A program made the position numbers and the translations under genes. From Antedon mediterranea (taxonomy: Eukaryota; Animalia; Echinodermata), in NCBI RefSeq assembly GCF_964355755.1, contig NC_092672.1:36524437-36588436 (forward strand): a DNA stretch of 64,000 nt. The letters are read 5' to 3'. Shown piece after piece: positions 39,968-54,100 of this stretch. The notes under the pieces were generated by a model. The model searched no databases, was not told where the DNA came from, and saw nothing but the letters and a program-made list of their open reading frames with translations. Numbering within the stretch: the first letter of the stretch is position 1; each line of letters begins with the position of its first letter.

Positions 39968-40281
39968 AGGCTTTATTCCCACTAGGACGCCATGGAAGGA
40001 CGTACGAACAACGCAAGTAATTTAACAATCGCACAAACAAAAGTTCGGATTTTCTGTCGCTTATGATTGGATAAATTATACATTTGCGCGCGTAAGCTTG
40101 GTTCCCACTCAAGGACGTAGAGACGCAGCGCAAGTGAGTTGGCCAATGACTAACGACAGTTTGAATAATCCATCGTTTGTGATTGGTCGAATCATCTTTG
40201 TGCTTTTACACTGCGTCTCTCTAGTTGGAACCAAGAATTACTTTTACGTCCATGCGTTACGTCCTAGTGTGAACAGAGCTT
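39968..40281. mobile_element. Nested family-B-related MITEs (inner copy about 40095-40236)
   Basis: Outer ends are TTCCCACTAGGACG and CGTCCTAGTGTGAA. Inner ends are GCTTGGTTCCCACT and CTAGTTGGAACCAAG. Confidence 0.65.
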
Positions 40282-40972
40282 TAGACACTGAAACACAATG
40301 TTGGTTAGGATGATGTATGATAACGCATAAATATTCGTTGAGATCGACTGCATAATAGAGGATAATGAAATGATTACAGCCATGGCAGGAATTAGATCTA
40401 GAGGCACGCGTACTTGTCAAATATAACGAAATTATGGACACGAATCAATGTAGCGTACTTGCCATTTTAGCTGATATTTTAAAATAATGTACGTGTTAAG
40501 ATGAAGGTAATTAGGGGCTCAGGGATGGGAATAATTCAATTATGATCGAGTAGATTGTGAGGCGGAACAATGTTTGTATGTCGAGGCGGATGTTAGGTAT
40601 TCTTATATTATAAGTAAAGGATGACCTACGTTTCCTAAATGAATAAAGTAAGCTTGAGAATATCTTCTTACTATATATACTGGAGAATTCTCCCGCGACT
40701 TTAAATTTATTAGTGTTGGTTCGCCATACAAACTTTTAAACAATATTTCTATATTCTTTTGATACTTACGGTAATAATCGCTGTTTTTAACAAAATAGAA
40801 ACACTAATGACAAGCCCCCCCCCCCCCCCCAAATCATCATCCCCACACTCCAACCTGCGTGACACGTACTGCGATATATTCATCAACAAAACGGACAGAC
40901 GATCATACTCTAGGCCTACACGATGGAAATCTTTTCTTTCTTGTCTGAAAAATGGGTGCGCACGTTTGTTTT

Positions 40973-41129
40973 TTGGTTCCCACTAGAGACGCAACACAAG
41001 GACGTAATGCAACGTAAGTGAGTTGCCCAATCACAAACGATGGATTACTCGAACTAACGCTTGTCATTGGTTAACACGCTTGCGTTGTGTTTACGTCCTT
41101 GCGTTACGTTCTAGTGGGAACCAAGCTTA
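40973..41129. mobile_element. Family-B MITE
   Basis: Reads TTGGTTCCCACTAG ... CTAGTGGGAACCAAGCTT. Confidence 0.8.
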
Positions 41130-43980
41130 AGTACGTCATATGGTATGGACGCTTGAAATGTTGCGTAATTTTGTATCTTTCGTTGTCACAGAACAGATGT
41201 ATTCAATCAGTGCTTTAGACATGATATGTTAAAATGAAACGGCATTCTCTTTTTTTTCCACTATGTATTCAAAATGCTTTATAATGCATCTATTCAATAT
41301 TTCACAAATTGCAAACTAAATCGACAGGAGACCGAGAGAAATTTAGAAAAACATTAGTATTTCTGCTGATCTATCGACTTCATAAAACGTATAGTGATGA
41401 ATTCGAAACTATTTATTCATTCATCTGTCATTATTCAAACGATAAAACTGAGATTTGAAATTTGAGCCTTGAGCGCCGACGAACGAGTGGATAGCAAACA
41501 TTGTGGCGGCGAAATTGCACTCTAGGTTCTAGCTACAAAAGCAACGCGTATACGCATGCGCATCAACTTAAAATCACGCTTGCTAATTTCAACGGATCTG
41601 ATTTAGGTCCGTCCCTCCTAACGACAGGTGTACATTTTATACGTTAGCATAAGATAATGTTTTTATGCTTTACGGGAAATGAGCACAGGTAATATAAGTT
41701 GAATTATGTCATAAATGGTGATTATTCGGAAATATTCAACTACAAAAATTCTTTTCAGTTTTTCGTTATGCATTCAGTGTCAAATATACGTAATACAGAA
41801 TGTATTGATTAACATGATTAGTATCATTGTAAGGTCATTATCAACGTTAAAGTTTCACTAAACTTGTGTCTATTTTTGTGTTTTTTCCCTTTTAAATCGC
41901 CGATCAGACCTCATGGATTGTCCTCTCGCTTCCTAAAGCTTAATTTTAGATTAAATGAAAGAAACCAATATTATGTCTTTAATTATTAATAACATTCATA
42001 TTACTCATTATCAATTATATTTAATTTAATTCCATAATTTGAATTGGATGACGTTTTAACGTGACCATGCATGTGTCTATTTTGGTGTTTCTTTCCCTTT
42101 TAAATCGCCGAGCAGAAACTCATGGATTGGTATCTCGCTTCCTAAATCTTAATTTCCATAAGAAAAAAAAGAAACCGCATTAATTATTATATATATTATT
42201 ACATATATTATTATTTACATCAACATCCATATTACTCATTATCAACTCAAATTATAATTTGAATCATTCTATTCCAAAATGTGAATTGGATGACGTTATA
42301 ATGAACATTATTGTTTCAATAAATATTTGCACTTTAGATTAGGTTCGTGGTCAGTATTCAATTATCTGAAACTCTGTGCAATAGAATTTGCTATTTATAT
42401 ACATGCCAATATATATTATGTTGTACTGCATGAGTTCGTACGGCAACCAGCAAAGCCTTGTTTCACTTTTTTTTCTTCGTATTTAATGTTATATCTTGGG
42501 GTGGGTCAAACTTAGTCTTTTCTGACTTATCTGACGCTACCAAGCCCACCCCCTCCCCCCACATGACTGAACTACTTTTTTCATTGTATTTATAATAATG
42601 CAAGTAATAATAATAACTAATTATTTTATCATAATGTTATTGTATAGGTTGTTATATTGTAGAAATATAAGCAATGACGTAAACGCAACGCAAGTAATTT
42701 GACCAATCGCGTTACAATAGACCATCATTCATCACGTCGTGATTGGTCAAATTACTTCAGTTACATTTTACGTCCTTGAAATGAAGCTTAACGGAAATTA
42801 GTATGCCTAACCAACGTAAATTTATTTATTAATTTTTTTAATTTGATTTAACTTTAATTGAGATTGTTACGTCATCATCATCCAATTGAACAGTTGGTTG
42901 TCCCATATCAGTAATTGATTGTTGGTTGTCACCAAAGTTCCACCAAATGACACTAATAACACCACTTCCTTTTCCTAGCCATCTTTCACTTCAGGCCTGA
43001 CTTCTTTTTCTTTGCTTTATTCATTCATATCCATTAAACAGTACATTATACAGGCACAATCTCTTTACAGTTTAAACAATGCTGCAAACTTAAATTGACA
43101 ATGTCATTCACTAACCACGTCTACTGTCATACATTTCCAGTTACGGTGTCAAAAATGCACACTACTTTTGTCAGCAAGTTTTGTGAATGTTCTCCTTCCA
43201 TTCGATGCTCACATTCAACTGATACATTTCAATCACACTCGATAAACAAACTATATTTTTCTTTTGTCAATAAGTTTCAATACTGATTATTTTTACAAAA
43301 CAAGTATTTCTATTTCGTATTTTGATAGGCATACATGATGGATGTTTATTCATTTACATTAATTGACGCCACGAAATCGCATTGGATATATCACGTAAAA
43401 TATCATAGGTTACTTTTACAAATTCTCAGGTACTATCATCAAATGCTAACCTTTAATTTGCTCTATTCACCAACGCTGTTCAGAACAATCGGTCAATAAT
43501 ATTCCGTATTTACTAAAGGTAATTAATTCGTGTTTGATGTATTTCTCGTGTATCCAAGCGTACGTAGCATCATATTTGTTCTCGGATAGATTTACCGATG
43601 GCTGTCTGTTAGACGTACTAAGTTCGCTTGGGCCATTTGACGGCAAGCTTCCGAGGTGTACTAAGTTCGACTGGGCCATCTGACGGTATATTTAAAGTTT
43701 AACGTTTTCTTGATTAATTTTAAGTTACCGTTAATGGGATGGCTTTGAATTTAGAGTAGAATTTTGAAGTTGAATGTTTGCAAGTTAAACCAACTGTGAA
43801 TGTTACAATAATCTCTCTTGATAACTAAAGTAATGAGAGATTCCACATAACATAAACACCACTGGATTGTAATTTCTGACGCCAACGGCGTGCCATGGTT
43901 ACATCAGAATTATGTCCAGACAGACTAATCTAGTTTATAAACATCATTGGCTAAATTGAAGTTTACATTGAATGTATGTT

Positions 43981-44641
43981 AAGCTTGGTTCTCACTAGTA
44001 CGCAACTTAGCGACGTAGGCGCAATTCAAGTGAGTTGACCAATCACAAGCGACTGTTTGGCGAATCAATCGTTTGTGATTGGTTCAATTCTTACTTGAAT
44101 CTTACTTGAATCTTCGGGCTCTTGATTAAGGCAAATGCCTTTTAAACGCCCTCCATTTCTTCTGTATTAATCTAGAATTGGTAGCAAAATTTATCTCCCA
44201 TTGCTCTGTCTTTGTTTAGTTGATCCTTGAATGCATTTATGTTTTCTGCTTGTACTGTAGTGTGGTATAGATTGTTCCATGTGTTGACGATTCTACATGA
44301 AAAGGAGTGGCTTCTGATTTTCAGTCGGGCTCTTGGCTTTCTTAATTTGAATTGATGGCCCCTTGTTCTACTGTCCTCTCTAAAGTCAAAAAAGGTTTCG
44401 GCTTCAATATCATTAAGCGCGGTTCCCACTAGCGACGCAACGCAAGGACGTAACGCAACGCAAGCGAATTGACCAATCACAAGCGATGGCTTATTCGCTT
44501 GTGATTGCTAACTGTCTATAACTTCGCTTGTCATTGGTTAAAACGCTTGCGTTGCGTTTACGTCCTTGCGTTACGTTCTAGTGGGAACCAAACTTAAGTT
44601 GCGCTTACGTCCTTGCGTTGTGTCCTAGTAGTGAGAACCAA
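43981..44641. mobile_element. Old MITE interrupted by a CR1-like LINE 3' end and a young family-B MITE (44416-44594)
   Basis: Outer TIRs are GCTTGGTTCTCACTA and TAGTGAGAACCAAG. The inner MITE is near-identical to 3842-4020. Confidence 0.75.
44088..44412 (-). mobile_element. 5'-truncated CR1-type LINE (ORF2 C-terminus, 3'UTR and short tandem-repeat tail)
   Basis: RTRGHQFKLRKPRARLKIRSHSFSCRIVNTWNNL is the typical CR1 ORF2 C-terminal motif. The tail is about (GATTCAAGTAA)2. Confidence 0.8.
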
Positions 44642-47600
44642 GATCCAAAAGGATCATATTTCCTATTTGTGTATTTGACCAAAATCTCATTACTATTATG
44701 TATAGGTCTGTAGTCATTATAATTAGTCATTATGTATATATGTTAATTTAATTTCTTGACTGTACATGTATTATTAACATGGGGGAAATATATGGTACTC
44801 CATGGTACTAATAAGTACACCACACTCTATGGTTGTCTCTTTCCTCTTTAATTTCTATTTTCATATTGTTACTTTGTTACCTTTTACTTTGATTTGGAAT
44901 AAAATAAATATCATTTTAAAAAGTAATATGAGAAGAGTGAAACACAAATATTTATTTCAACAGTAAATGACACAAACGTTGTCTCAGACCGTACCATGCC
45001 AAAGTAATGTAATTATTAATTTGCTTACGATAAGATTTATTTAAAAAGAATCCTATGATTGCAAATTAATCTTGGCTATTAAGCTTCGCGTCGTGTTGTT
45101 TTGAAATTCCTTTGCTTAAAGATCTGACAGCAGTTTTACGCTGAAATTGAACACTAATTCTTCCTGATTAAGCCATTCATTATAATTTACTTATAATACT
45201 CATCCTAATGACAAATTGGATACTAAGATGTATTAAGTTATCTTCTCTTGTTATTATTATTATATTTAGGCGCGCCACTAAATGAATAGCGTTATGAGAG
45301 TGCCTAGATTAAAGGTAGCATTGAATATCGTTAAGAATTGGAACCGAGATTAACAGTAATATAAAGGGAATCTGTGGTTGCATAGGCCTACTATACAAAT
45401 TATATATTAATATTTTTCACTGATAGATTAATAATGATGAATGTTCACATTAATTTAGCCACTGTATGTTATTATTAAAACCAGGATGTGGCCTATAAAA
45501 TGGACAAATTTGGCTCAATTTATGAGTAGATTTAATTAGAAACTCCTATTATATTCATGTTTATATAATAAAACGTGCTTTCATCGAGCGTGTACGAAAC
45601 GCTCGGAAATCGCTATAGCTTAGCTTTTAGATTCTTTTTTTACGAGAATTGCTTACGCGATAATACCCACTATTAAACTATCTTGTCTTCGATCCTCACA
45701 CTTGCAATCTATCTAATCACATATATTCTGACGTCAGCATTTTAGCAGCAAAAAACGTGACGTCAGTATAAAAGTAGATTCGAGTTTTTATAGTAGTTTT
45801 TTTTAAACTTAAACTTCACTCGTAATAAATCAATTTAACATGTGAAGATGATGACTTTAACATTCGTGTTGTGATTGACATGCCTGATTGATTATTTATA
45901 TCTTTAAACTTATTTTAACGTATTTCATTTTGACTAGAAACAAAAGAAGAAAAGAAAGTAAAATCTGTAGTCTTATTGTTGATGAAACAGAGGAATTTGG
46001 AAGGCTTTTAAGAATTGACAAGATTATTTTGACGATATGTTAATATCTTAAAATAAAAAAAATATTATAAATCCCATACTTATTACAAGTATTAGATTAT
46101 TTTATAATCCTCTTATATTAAGTTAGTGCTTAAGGAGTGGAACAGTATATTTCATGATTATCCATATTATGTATGTGTATATATTTGCATCATTTTTTTT
46201 TTATCAGTAAAAGATAAGTTGTGAAAATTGGTATGCTGCGTTTGATCCCAGATCAATCTCATTGATGGATCTTAGGTTGAAAGGTAGAATACAAGTAAAA
46301 ATTGAATTTATCATCTTCTTTTAGATGAGATCAGTCATTGTAATTGTATTCAAGATGAAGTATCTCTTTTTAGTGGTATGTTCTCACCACAAAGTGAATC
46401 GCTCGGTTGGAAGTTTCTACTACTAAATCACCTTACATACGCTTTAATGTGGTCTTTAAATGTTCGTCAATGTGGTCTTTAAATGGTTCTTACTGTAGTC
46501 TGTGGTCTTGATTGATTTGGATATTTAGATAATAGACTAGAAATTAAATGTATTTTCTACATGTTTTCTTTATCTTGAAAAAGAAAACAAATGACAATTA
46601 TTTACGGTTGTTTTTTTCTTTCTTCCTTCCATTTTTATTTACAATCTTAAACTCTCAAACACGTTTGACAAAAAAATATGGTAGTGATATGACATCATCA
46701 TGTCCATATATGGGCACATCACATTTTTTGTCACATAAAGTTTGAAATAAATGTACTTAATGATCTTATATTTGTACATGAATAATATTATAAAGTTGTA
46801 AATTCTAAATGTATTCGTGTTATTTGTTGTTCATGGCATCTAACGTGATTAATGTTTGTAATATCACCAAAAATGTACGAACTTCCATGAAATATTAGCC
46901 AATTAATTCCATTTAAAATACATGTGCGATTGCAATTTTTCAATGTCCGTCAGGTCGATTTAAATACGACACATAAGATAAAAGATTACTCGAGAAATTC
47001 ACGATCCTGCCATTTTGCCAAGGCTGACATGGAAATTAAAGTGTTGTATAGAACAGACATTTGAGATTCTATACACTAAGTTTTCTAAAACATTCAATAT
47101 TTATTATATGATTGGCTTATATTGTTTTTGAATATTACAGTATTGTATTGAATAACATTATTTATGAATTAATATCGATTTTTTCGTCGTCATCCAATGC
47201 TGGATGTAACTCTCCTCGAGCATTTTCCAATTCTTTTTCTCTGAAAAACCAGTTCGCCTCTTGATTTCCTCTCCATCATCTTTTTTTGTCTTCCCCCTTT
47301 TCCTCCAGGTCTTGGTTGCCATTATGTCACTCTTTTTGTCAATATATTGTCAGTTTTTTTTCTCCATTTCATAAACATGTCTTTTGTCGTTGTGCAAGTT
47401 GTAGAATTCTTTCTTCATTTTTGTTTTCGCCTTTGTTGCTATGCTTTTGCTCCTCATTAAATAACACATTTACTCTTCTTCTAGTGACAATAGTATTATC
47501 TTGTTAAAATGTTTTTACATTCCATAGCACATCCAATCAGTTTTTACTCGATATGAAATCATTTTATGTTTTATGTAGGTTTACTGGCCAATATATAGAT

Positions 47601-49617
47601 ATATATATATATTAAATAAATTAAACCTCTTTGAGTTTTCTATCGTTTTGATTTGAGATAGCAGAAACATTGTATTTGCTTTTCATTTTCATACTTGTTT
47701 GTGTTAAATAAATCTAAGAGATTTTTCCAAAACATTAGATATACTTTTGTTATTGATTTCAAGTGGCCAACGTTTAGAAAGGTATAGTTTTGTTTTTAAA
47801 ATCGTTTGAAAATCTGGAGTAATGCGTTAAAATGTGGCTAACCTGCTTGGCATTCTTTAATCAAACCCCACATGTTCAGGTTCAAATCCTCTGGTAGTAG
47901 TATGGTAGTAGTTTTTCAATCAATCTCTTTTAGGAAATATGTTTTGATTTGAAATTAAATTGGTTGTTTTTTAGTAGAAAAATGACATTTTATCGAGAGA
48001 AAAAAAAAACAAGATTGCATTTCCAGGAAGAACTAGGACACTTTAAATTCTCATAAAAGTAATAATTTATATAAGTTGAAGGACGAGAAAACGAACGTTT
48101 AAGGTTACACAGTTAAAAGCAATAAAAGTTATAAAATATCACACTACAATATTCTTGAATATTATATTACAGTGAAGATGAAATATTGTGTTCATAGTGT
48201 TTTAATGAAAATAAATATTTGCACACATTTACCTTGTTGAAAATATCTATTTATTTCAAATGTAAATCTTTGTTTAAATAATTATAACATAAAAACAACT
48301 TGTAGTAGGAAAATAAAGTGTTTTACTTTTACTAATATACCTGTTGAATATTTTACAATAATCTTTCTGATCTAAAACATGATTTGTTATATTGATAAAA
48401 TAATAAATTTATATACTAAGCATATATGCTCCTGGAAAAGCATGTATTTAAAATGCGAATTTTGCTGTAATGTCATTACTCACACGGCGGCCGTAGCAGA
48501 TGTGTAATCAATCGCTGTCAAATGCGCGCCTATGACCATTTAATAGCATAATGTGTTTAATCGCTAAGTAGTGCTTTGAACCAAGCAACCCGATTGGCTC
48601 CCTATGGACGCAACGCGAGGACGCGAGTATTTTGACCAATCGCAAGTGACAGTTTAGATGATACGTTTGTGATTGGTCAAATCATTACGTATACGTTCTT
48701 ACGTTGCGTCCTGGTAGGCGTCAATACAATTAGGGTAAACATAAATAACATTTATACTCTTTTTCTGTTCCTTTGAAACAACACATTTTGATTAACATTA
48801 TTTTAGCTATTTTTATACAACAAATTCATAAACATCCAAATAATGAACATATCTATGTAAATCATATGACAAAGATATGACTGGAAACTTAATATCTGAA
48901 CACAATATACAATGATTCTGTCTTATTAAAGAAGCCATTTCTCAATTCTGTGCTTTGCGTAAGTTCAGACACCGGCGCCTAAGTCGTTAAAAAACGAGAC
49001 TAAATTTAAATTACGATAAATCTTTTCTTCTATACATAGAAAACAACTTCAACTAAACGCAATTCATTCATTTCATATCTCTCAAAATGTTTTTAAATAC
49101 ATGGCGTTTTACTTTCCAGAAAGAACACAGTTTAAAAAGAAGTCATAAAGTCGATATACATATGCGCATGCACAGAATTTTCTTCTGTAACGTGCGCGTA
49201 TTTTGCTTGACACGTCATGAAAAGCAATTATTGAAGTAGTTATATGGTTTGTTATATTTTATAGTTTTATGTCTTGATGATTTATGTTCGGAACTAAACT
49301 AGTTCGTCGTCAATTTATTTATCATTTTTGGAATGAGGTTTTTGTTATCACGACGCGCCTGTACCTACTATCAAGTCAAAAAGTCATTCTGTGCATTGTC
49401 AGAATAGTTGTTGGACTCTGCGTAGTGGCGCATCTAGTTGTCATCGTATCTTTAAAAAGAAACTATTGTTCTCAATGTGTGAACATTAAATTCCTTAAAA
49501 TGTTGAAAAATCTGAAATAAATATATTGTCAAATTCTTAGTAGTGTGCGTCTAACCATTCATTACTATTTTGAGTTGAGTTTTCAATTGACCTTATTTAT
49601 ATTCATAAGGTCAATTA

Positions 49618-51133
49618 CTAAGCTGAGATCAAAGGATTCTGTGAGGTTTTCTTGTCTAATGTTATTGGTGAAACTAATTGAGATGGACCCTCTTCAGAAC
49701 CAGATCTAGAACTTGGTTTCAGCACGTCAGCCAAGCACGGAAACAGATCATGCAATTTCTTTTTGTACGCGTTTCGAAAATCCTTACCGTACGCGTAAAG
49801 TAACGGGTTTCCTGCAGAATTCGCATGGGACAGTAATATAAAGAATTTTAAAAGCATTGGCGGGAAATTCACAGCAGACGACGGGTGCAGAGCAAATACT
49901 GTGTTCATAATTGTCAATGGTAACCATGACAGCATAAAAAATATTACGATTACCCCGAGAGATTTTGCTGCGCGGATTTCTTGACGGAGTGAGCTTGATA
50001 GCACTGAGTTGGACGTGGATGGCTCAGTTTGTGCTCCCCCTGAGATTGTCGGAACAGCTACACCTGGACGAATTCGTCTTACCTGTAATAAAATTGATAG
50101 AAATATATATTAGAATTTATGCCATTCTTTTTCTAATGTAACTTTTGCAAGCGTGCTTGATTCAATAATATATACAATGGATAGTAGATAGTCATGGATA
50201 TTTTTATAGTAATGAAAAGTTATAAATAGTCATGAATAGTTATGAAATTATGAATAATCATGAATAGTTATGAATAATAATGAATAATCAGGAATAGTTA
50301 TGAATAGTCATGAATATAGTTATGAATAATCATGAATAGTTATGAATAGTCATGAATAATCATGGTTATAGATTAGTGACAGTAAAATACTTCGTAGTAA
50401 TAGTAATTCTCTGTTATTTTACAGTATGTCATTTAAAAAAAAAATTCTATGTTAATTTGCGTTAACAGAGTTTAGTTGTGAGACATGGTGTTCGTCAATG
50501 AAGAGAAGAAGAGGCATAACTTTTATATTTTTTTTTGTCATTGTGAGTATTATTATTTACTAAACTTACCTGACTTCGAATAGCTTTAAAAATAATGGCG
50601 TATATCACCAACATAACTAAAAACGGTAGATAGATGACCAAGGCGCCATTAAATACCATGTAACGAGAGTCAATAACTTCCATAAACAAACACTTATTTT
50701 CGCCCCATCCTAAGTTCCAGCCAAACGCCGGTAAAAAGCCAATTATCCCGGCCCCTGTCCACGATATTGCTATCACAATGTACGTTTTGTTTACAGTTAT
50801 TAGGCCTGGGTACCGCAAAGGGTGCAACACAGCCACGTATCGTTCTAAAGTCACTCCTATCAAGCTGAAAGTGGAAGTTCCACATAACCAGAGCAAGAAG
50901 GTTAACATAATCAGGCAGCCTCTGAAGTTGTCTGGCAGACCTAAACTGGTAAGGATCGCAAACGGAATTCCAAGTAACCCAACGAAAAAATCTGCCACAG
51001 CAAGAGACGCAATGAAGTGGTTAGTGATTGTTTGAAGTCGTGGGGTGACAAATAATATCCACAGTGCAAATCCATTTCCTACGACAGACAGAACCGATAT
51101 TAGAACTTCAAGGAATAAGTACCACGTTTCCAT
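49618..51133 (-). CDS. Adenosine receptor A2-like class A GPCR, about 342 aa
   Basis: Exons 50570-51133 and 49618-50082 with a phase-0 intron. It has seven hydrophobic segments plus GN, SLAVAD, ERY, WLP and SHANSAGNPLLY motifs, and a CLF..YMVF segment typical of adenosine receptors. Confidence 0.88.
50215..50366. repeat. ATGAATAGT(T/C) decamer repeat in the GPCR intron
   Basis: About 14 degenerate copies. Confidence 0.8.
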
Positions 51134-54100
51134 TTTCAGCTGTGTTTCATACCAATCGTTGTTCTTCCCAAGACTTTTGAATTAGAGAGTTAAGCAATAT
51201 AAATCGGTTTAATAGTAAAAGTATTCAAGCAGCAGTTCTTGATGACATGTCCCTGGCGCTGGACGAGTTGCCTGGGAAGCCGTGACAGCTGTCAAACGTG
51301 TTTTCTTCAAGAAATACTGAAAAAATAATTAATATGAAGTGTATAAGACGTATACATGCATAGTTGATATGCTAAACTACATACTTTATATTTAATGTGG
51401 TTTTATTGGAAAGTGTATGATAATAATGTATCTGAATGCAATTTCTATCCAGTCGGAAATAAATTATACAACATTTCATGGAACACGTGGCATAGATTAT
51501 TACACAATTCTTGTACATGGGATTGAATTTTGAATTACAGAATTCAATACAGTATGTCATAAATAATTCAAAGTGAAAATTCAATCATTATCATTCATGG
51601 AATTTTAATGCCACCGTACTGCAGTATTTCTAGTAGCCGCCTGTTATACAGGATACTATGCTTACGTGATTGAACGTGTAAATAGACGGAAGTTACCGTA
51701 CGTACAGGTTAAGTGTGCGTAACTTATCCGTACGTATCCTGTCCGTACAACCACATGTTGACAGATAATACACGCAAGGTAAGTACGTTGATAAATGGTT
51801 GCATTCGCAAGTAAATGATCATACATTTGAAGTATTTAACTACCGTTTGGCATTTTACAGCTGATGTATGATGTTTTCCAGCAAGTTTGACATAGTAGTT
51901 TCCTCTCAATATTGCGCATAACGCGTAAATATTACGCGTAACGTGTAAACTATTATGTAAATTAGAAAGATTGAGATCTTTTTGTAAAGAAGCATACTAT
52001 TTTCAGTAAAAAGTTGTTTGTTATTTAACCGTTAATCTCACCCGTTTCATGCTCTCCGTTAATGATAACTAAGTATAGGTTCTTATGTATACCTTTAACC
52101 ATTGTATGATTTGTACGTTTAGAATGTACATATACTGCTTCTCCTTCAGGAGATTGAAATAAATAATTAAAATAAATAAATATTGTACCCGATACTAAAA
52201 TTGTCTAAATTTCAAGTGGAAATTATTAAATCAAGATTGGCCGTCAAAAAACACACATTTTATTTTACTCTTTTACTTACACAAGTTGAAACTGAACTAG
52301 ATTGTATAAGCAATAGTATTTTAACTTACGTTTTTAAATGTTGTTTATTATCGCGTACATATCAGCTTGATTTGCAGCTGCAGAAAGGTTATCCTATCGA
52401 ATCCGATCTCTAAACAGAGAGATTGCCATTAAACTATGTTAAAACGATATAATACAGTCGAGGAGCCCATGTTAATGACGATGCAATGATAATACGTGCG
52501 AGGAGTCTGTGGAGAGATGTCAACCCTTTGCATCAAAACAACTGTATATATTCCTTGAGAGTTGATTAGCGAATATAAAGTGAGCGAAAAGTAGGTGTCT
52601 TTGAAACATGTAAAGATTAATCACCAACAAACAGCAAAATAGGTTCGCGCATGCGCTCATATCACCCGAGATGTTCCGACGGCGCTCATCTTTAGAGTGT
52701 GGTGCGTCATTCGTGGAGTAAACGAAATAAGAACAATTATTACTACATTGTATGACATTTAAGATGGTATAAAACATGATTTATGCGTATACTACATGAC
52801 AAACGTTTATAGATATAACTATAATTTAATACAGTGTTGTACTTGTGCAGGTTAGTAGAAAATAACGTTATAATATTATAATTGGAATTTATTGAATCAT
52901 AAACGTGTTTAAAGCCACAGAGTAAACGGATAAAATAGTCTACAATGCCTGCTTTTAATTAAGCTACAACTACATTTTACACGACTAAAATGTATATAGA
53001 AAAATCCATATACATTAATTTTATTATGTAGGCCACTGATTATCGAATAACTCCAAATCAATATGAATCGATAGTAATATGCTTTTTTTTTAAATTAACG
53101 GAATAGTTTGGAAAATTAAAAGCTTTGTCCTGCTGTCCTATTGTCATACAATGTTTTTATTAATTTAAATGATTGCCACTTCTCGTCTATGTTAATTTAG
53201 GCTACAGCGCATTGAGAGCTTGCTTATAATGCGCTATATAAGAACTATTTTTATTGTTATAACACATGCATATACATTTTTCTACAACTCACTATGTCGG
53301 TCAGTTGGTCGTATGGTCGGTCGGTTGGTCGGTCGGTCGGTAAACACTAACTCAAATTTGAGCACGCGACTGCAGCCATGTATATGGTGTTGTTTCGTCT
53401 TTTGTGGGTTCTCCACTTTTATTTCATCATCATTAGCATTGTTTCACCCATTATGGGTTTTACATTAATATACATATAATATACAAATGTCTATACATTT
53501 CGTGTTTTAACCGAAATCTCTCTCATAACTATTTGAAAATAACAACAAAAATGACAATTAAAATGCTTCTGTGCGTGATACAATACAATTCATGTTTTCA
53601 TTTCTCGTTTTATTCCGCTAAAATGTATGTTTCTTGTCAGTTATGGTGAAATACATCACAATCAATCGACTTTGGATAAAGCGAGTGGAATGACGTTTTA
53701 CTTTGTTCAGTTTCGGAAGATTATAATCATCTTTTGAGTTAGAAGCTTTCTTCAAAATGAACATCAACAACTTTTAATTTAGCTAAAAGATAGATTTAAG
53801 AATATTAGGAAAACGTGTTTTTTAGAGGTTAGCTACAATTCATCTGTATTTATCTTAATAAATGTGTCGTTTATAAATTCTAGGAATCAATCTTAAGTAA
53901 ATCGTGTTAAGGTCTTCGTTGTGCCGGTAAAGGAGCAGGTAATGTTGAACTCAATTATTCCCTTTTAACTTTTGAAAAATCCTTAGATAACTTCAATAGC
54001 CGTAATCTGCACGATTATGTTACGACACGTTTTCTATTTCGAAAAAGCTGAATTCTAAAAACGTTGAATTTCAGTATAATCGTTAGATAAACAGAAATCC

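Noticed and set aside
44172-44480. 102-aa ORF as a gene
   Set aside because: It is a chance fusion of MITE sequence with a CR1 ORF2 tail.
37355-48600. Short ORFs of 60-100 aa in the intergenic region
   Set aside because: They have low-complexity AT-rich composition, no consistent splice pattern and no recognisable homology.
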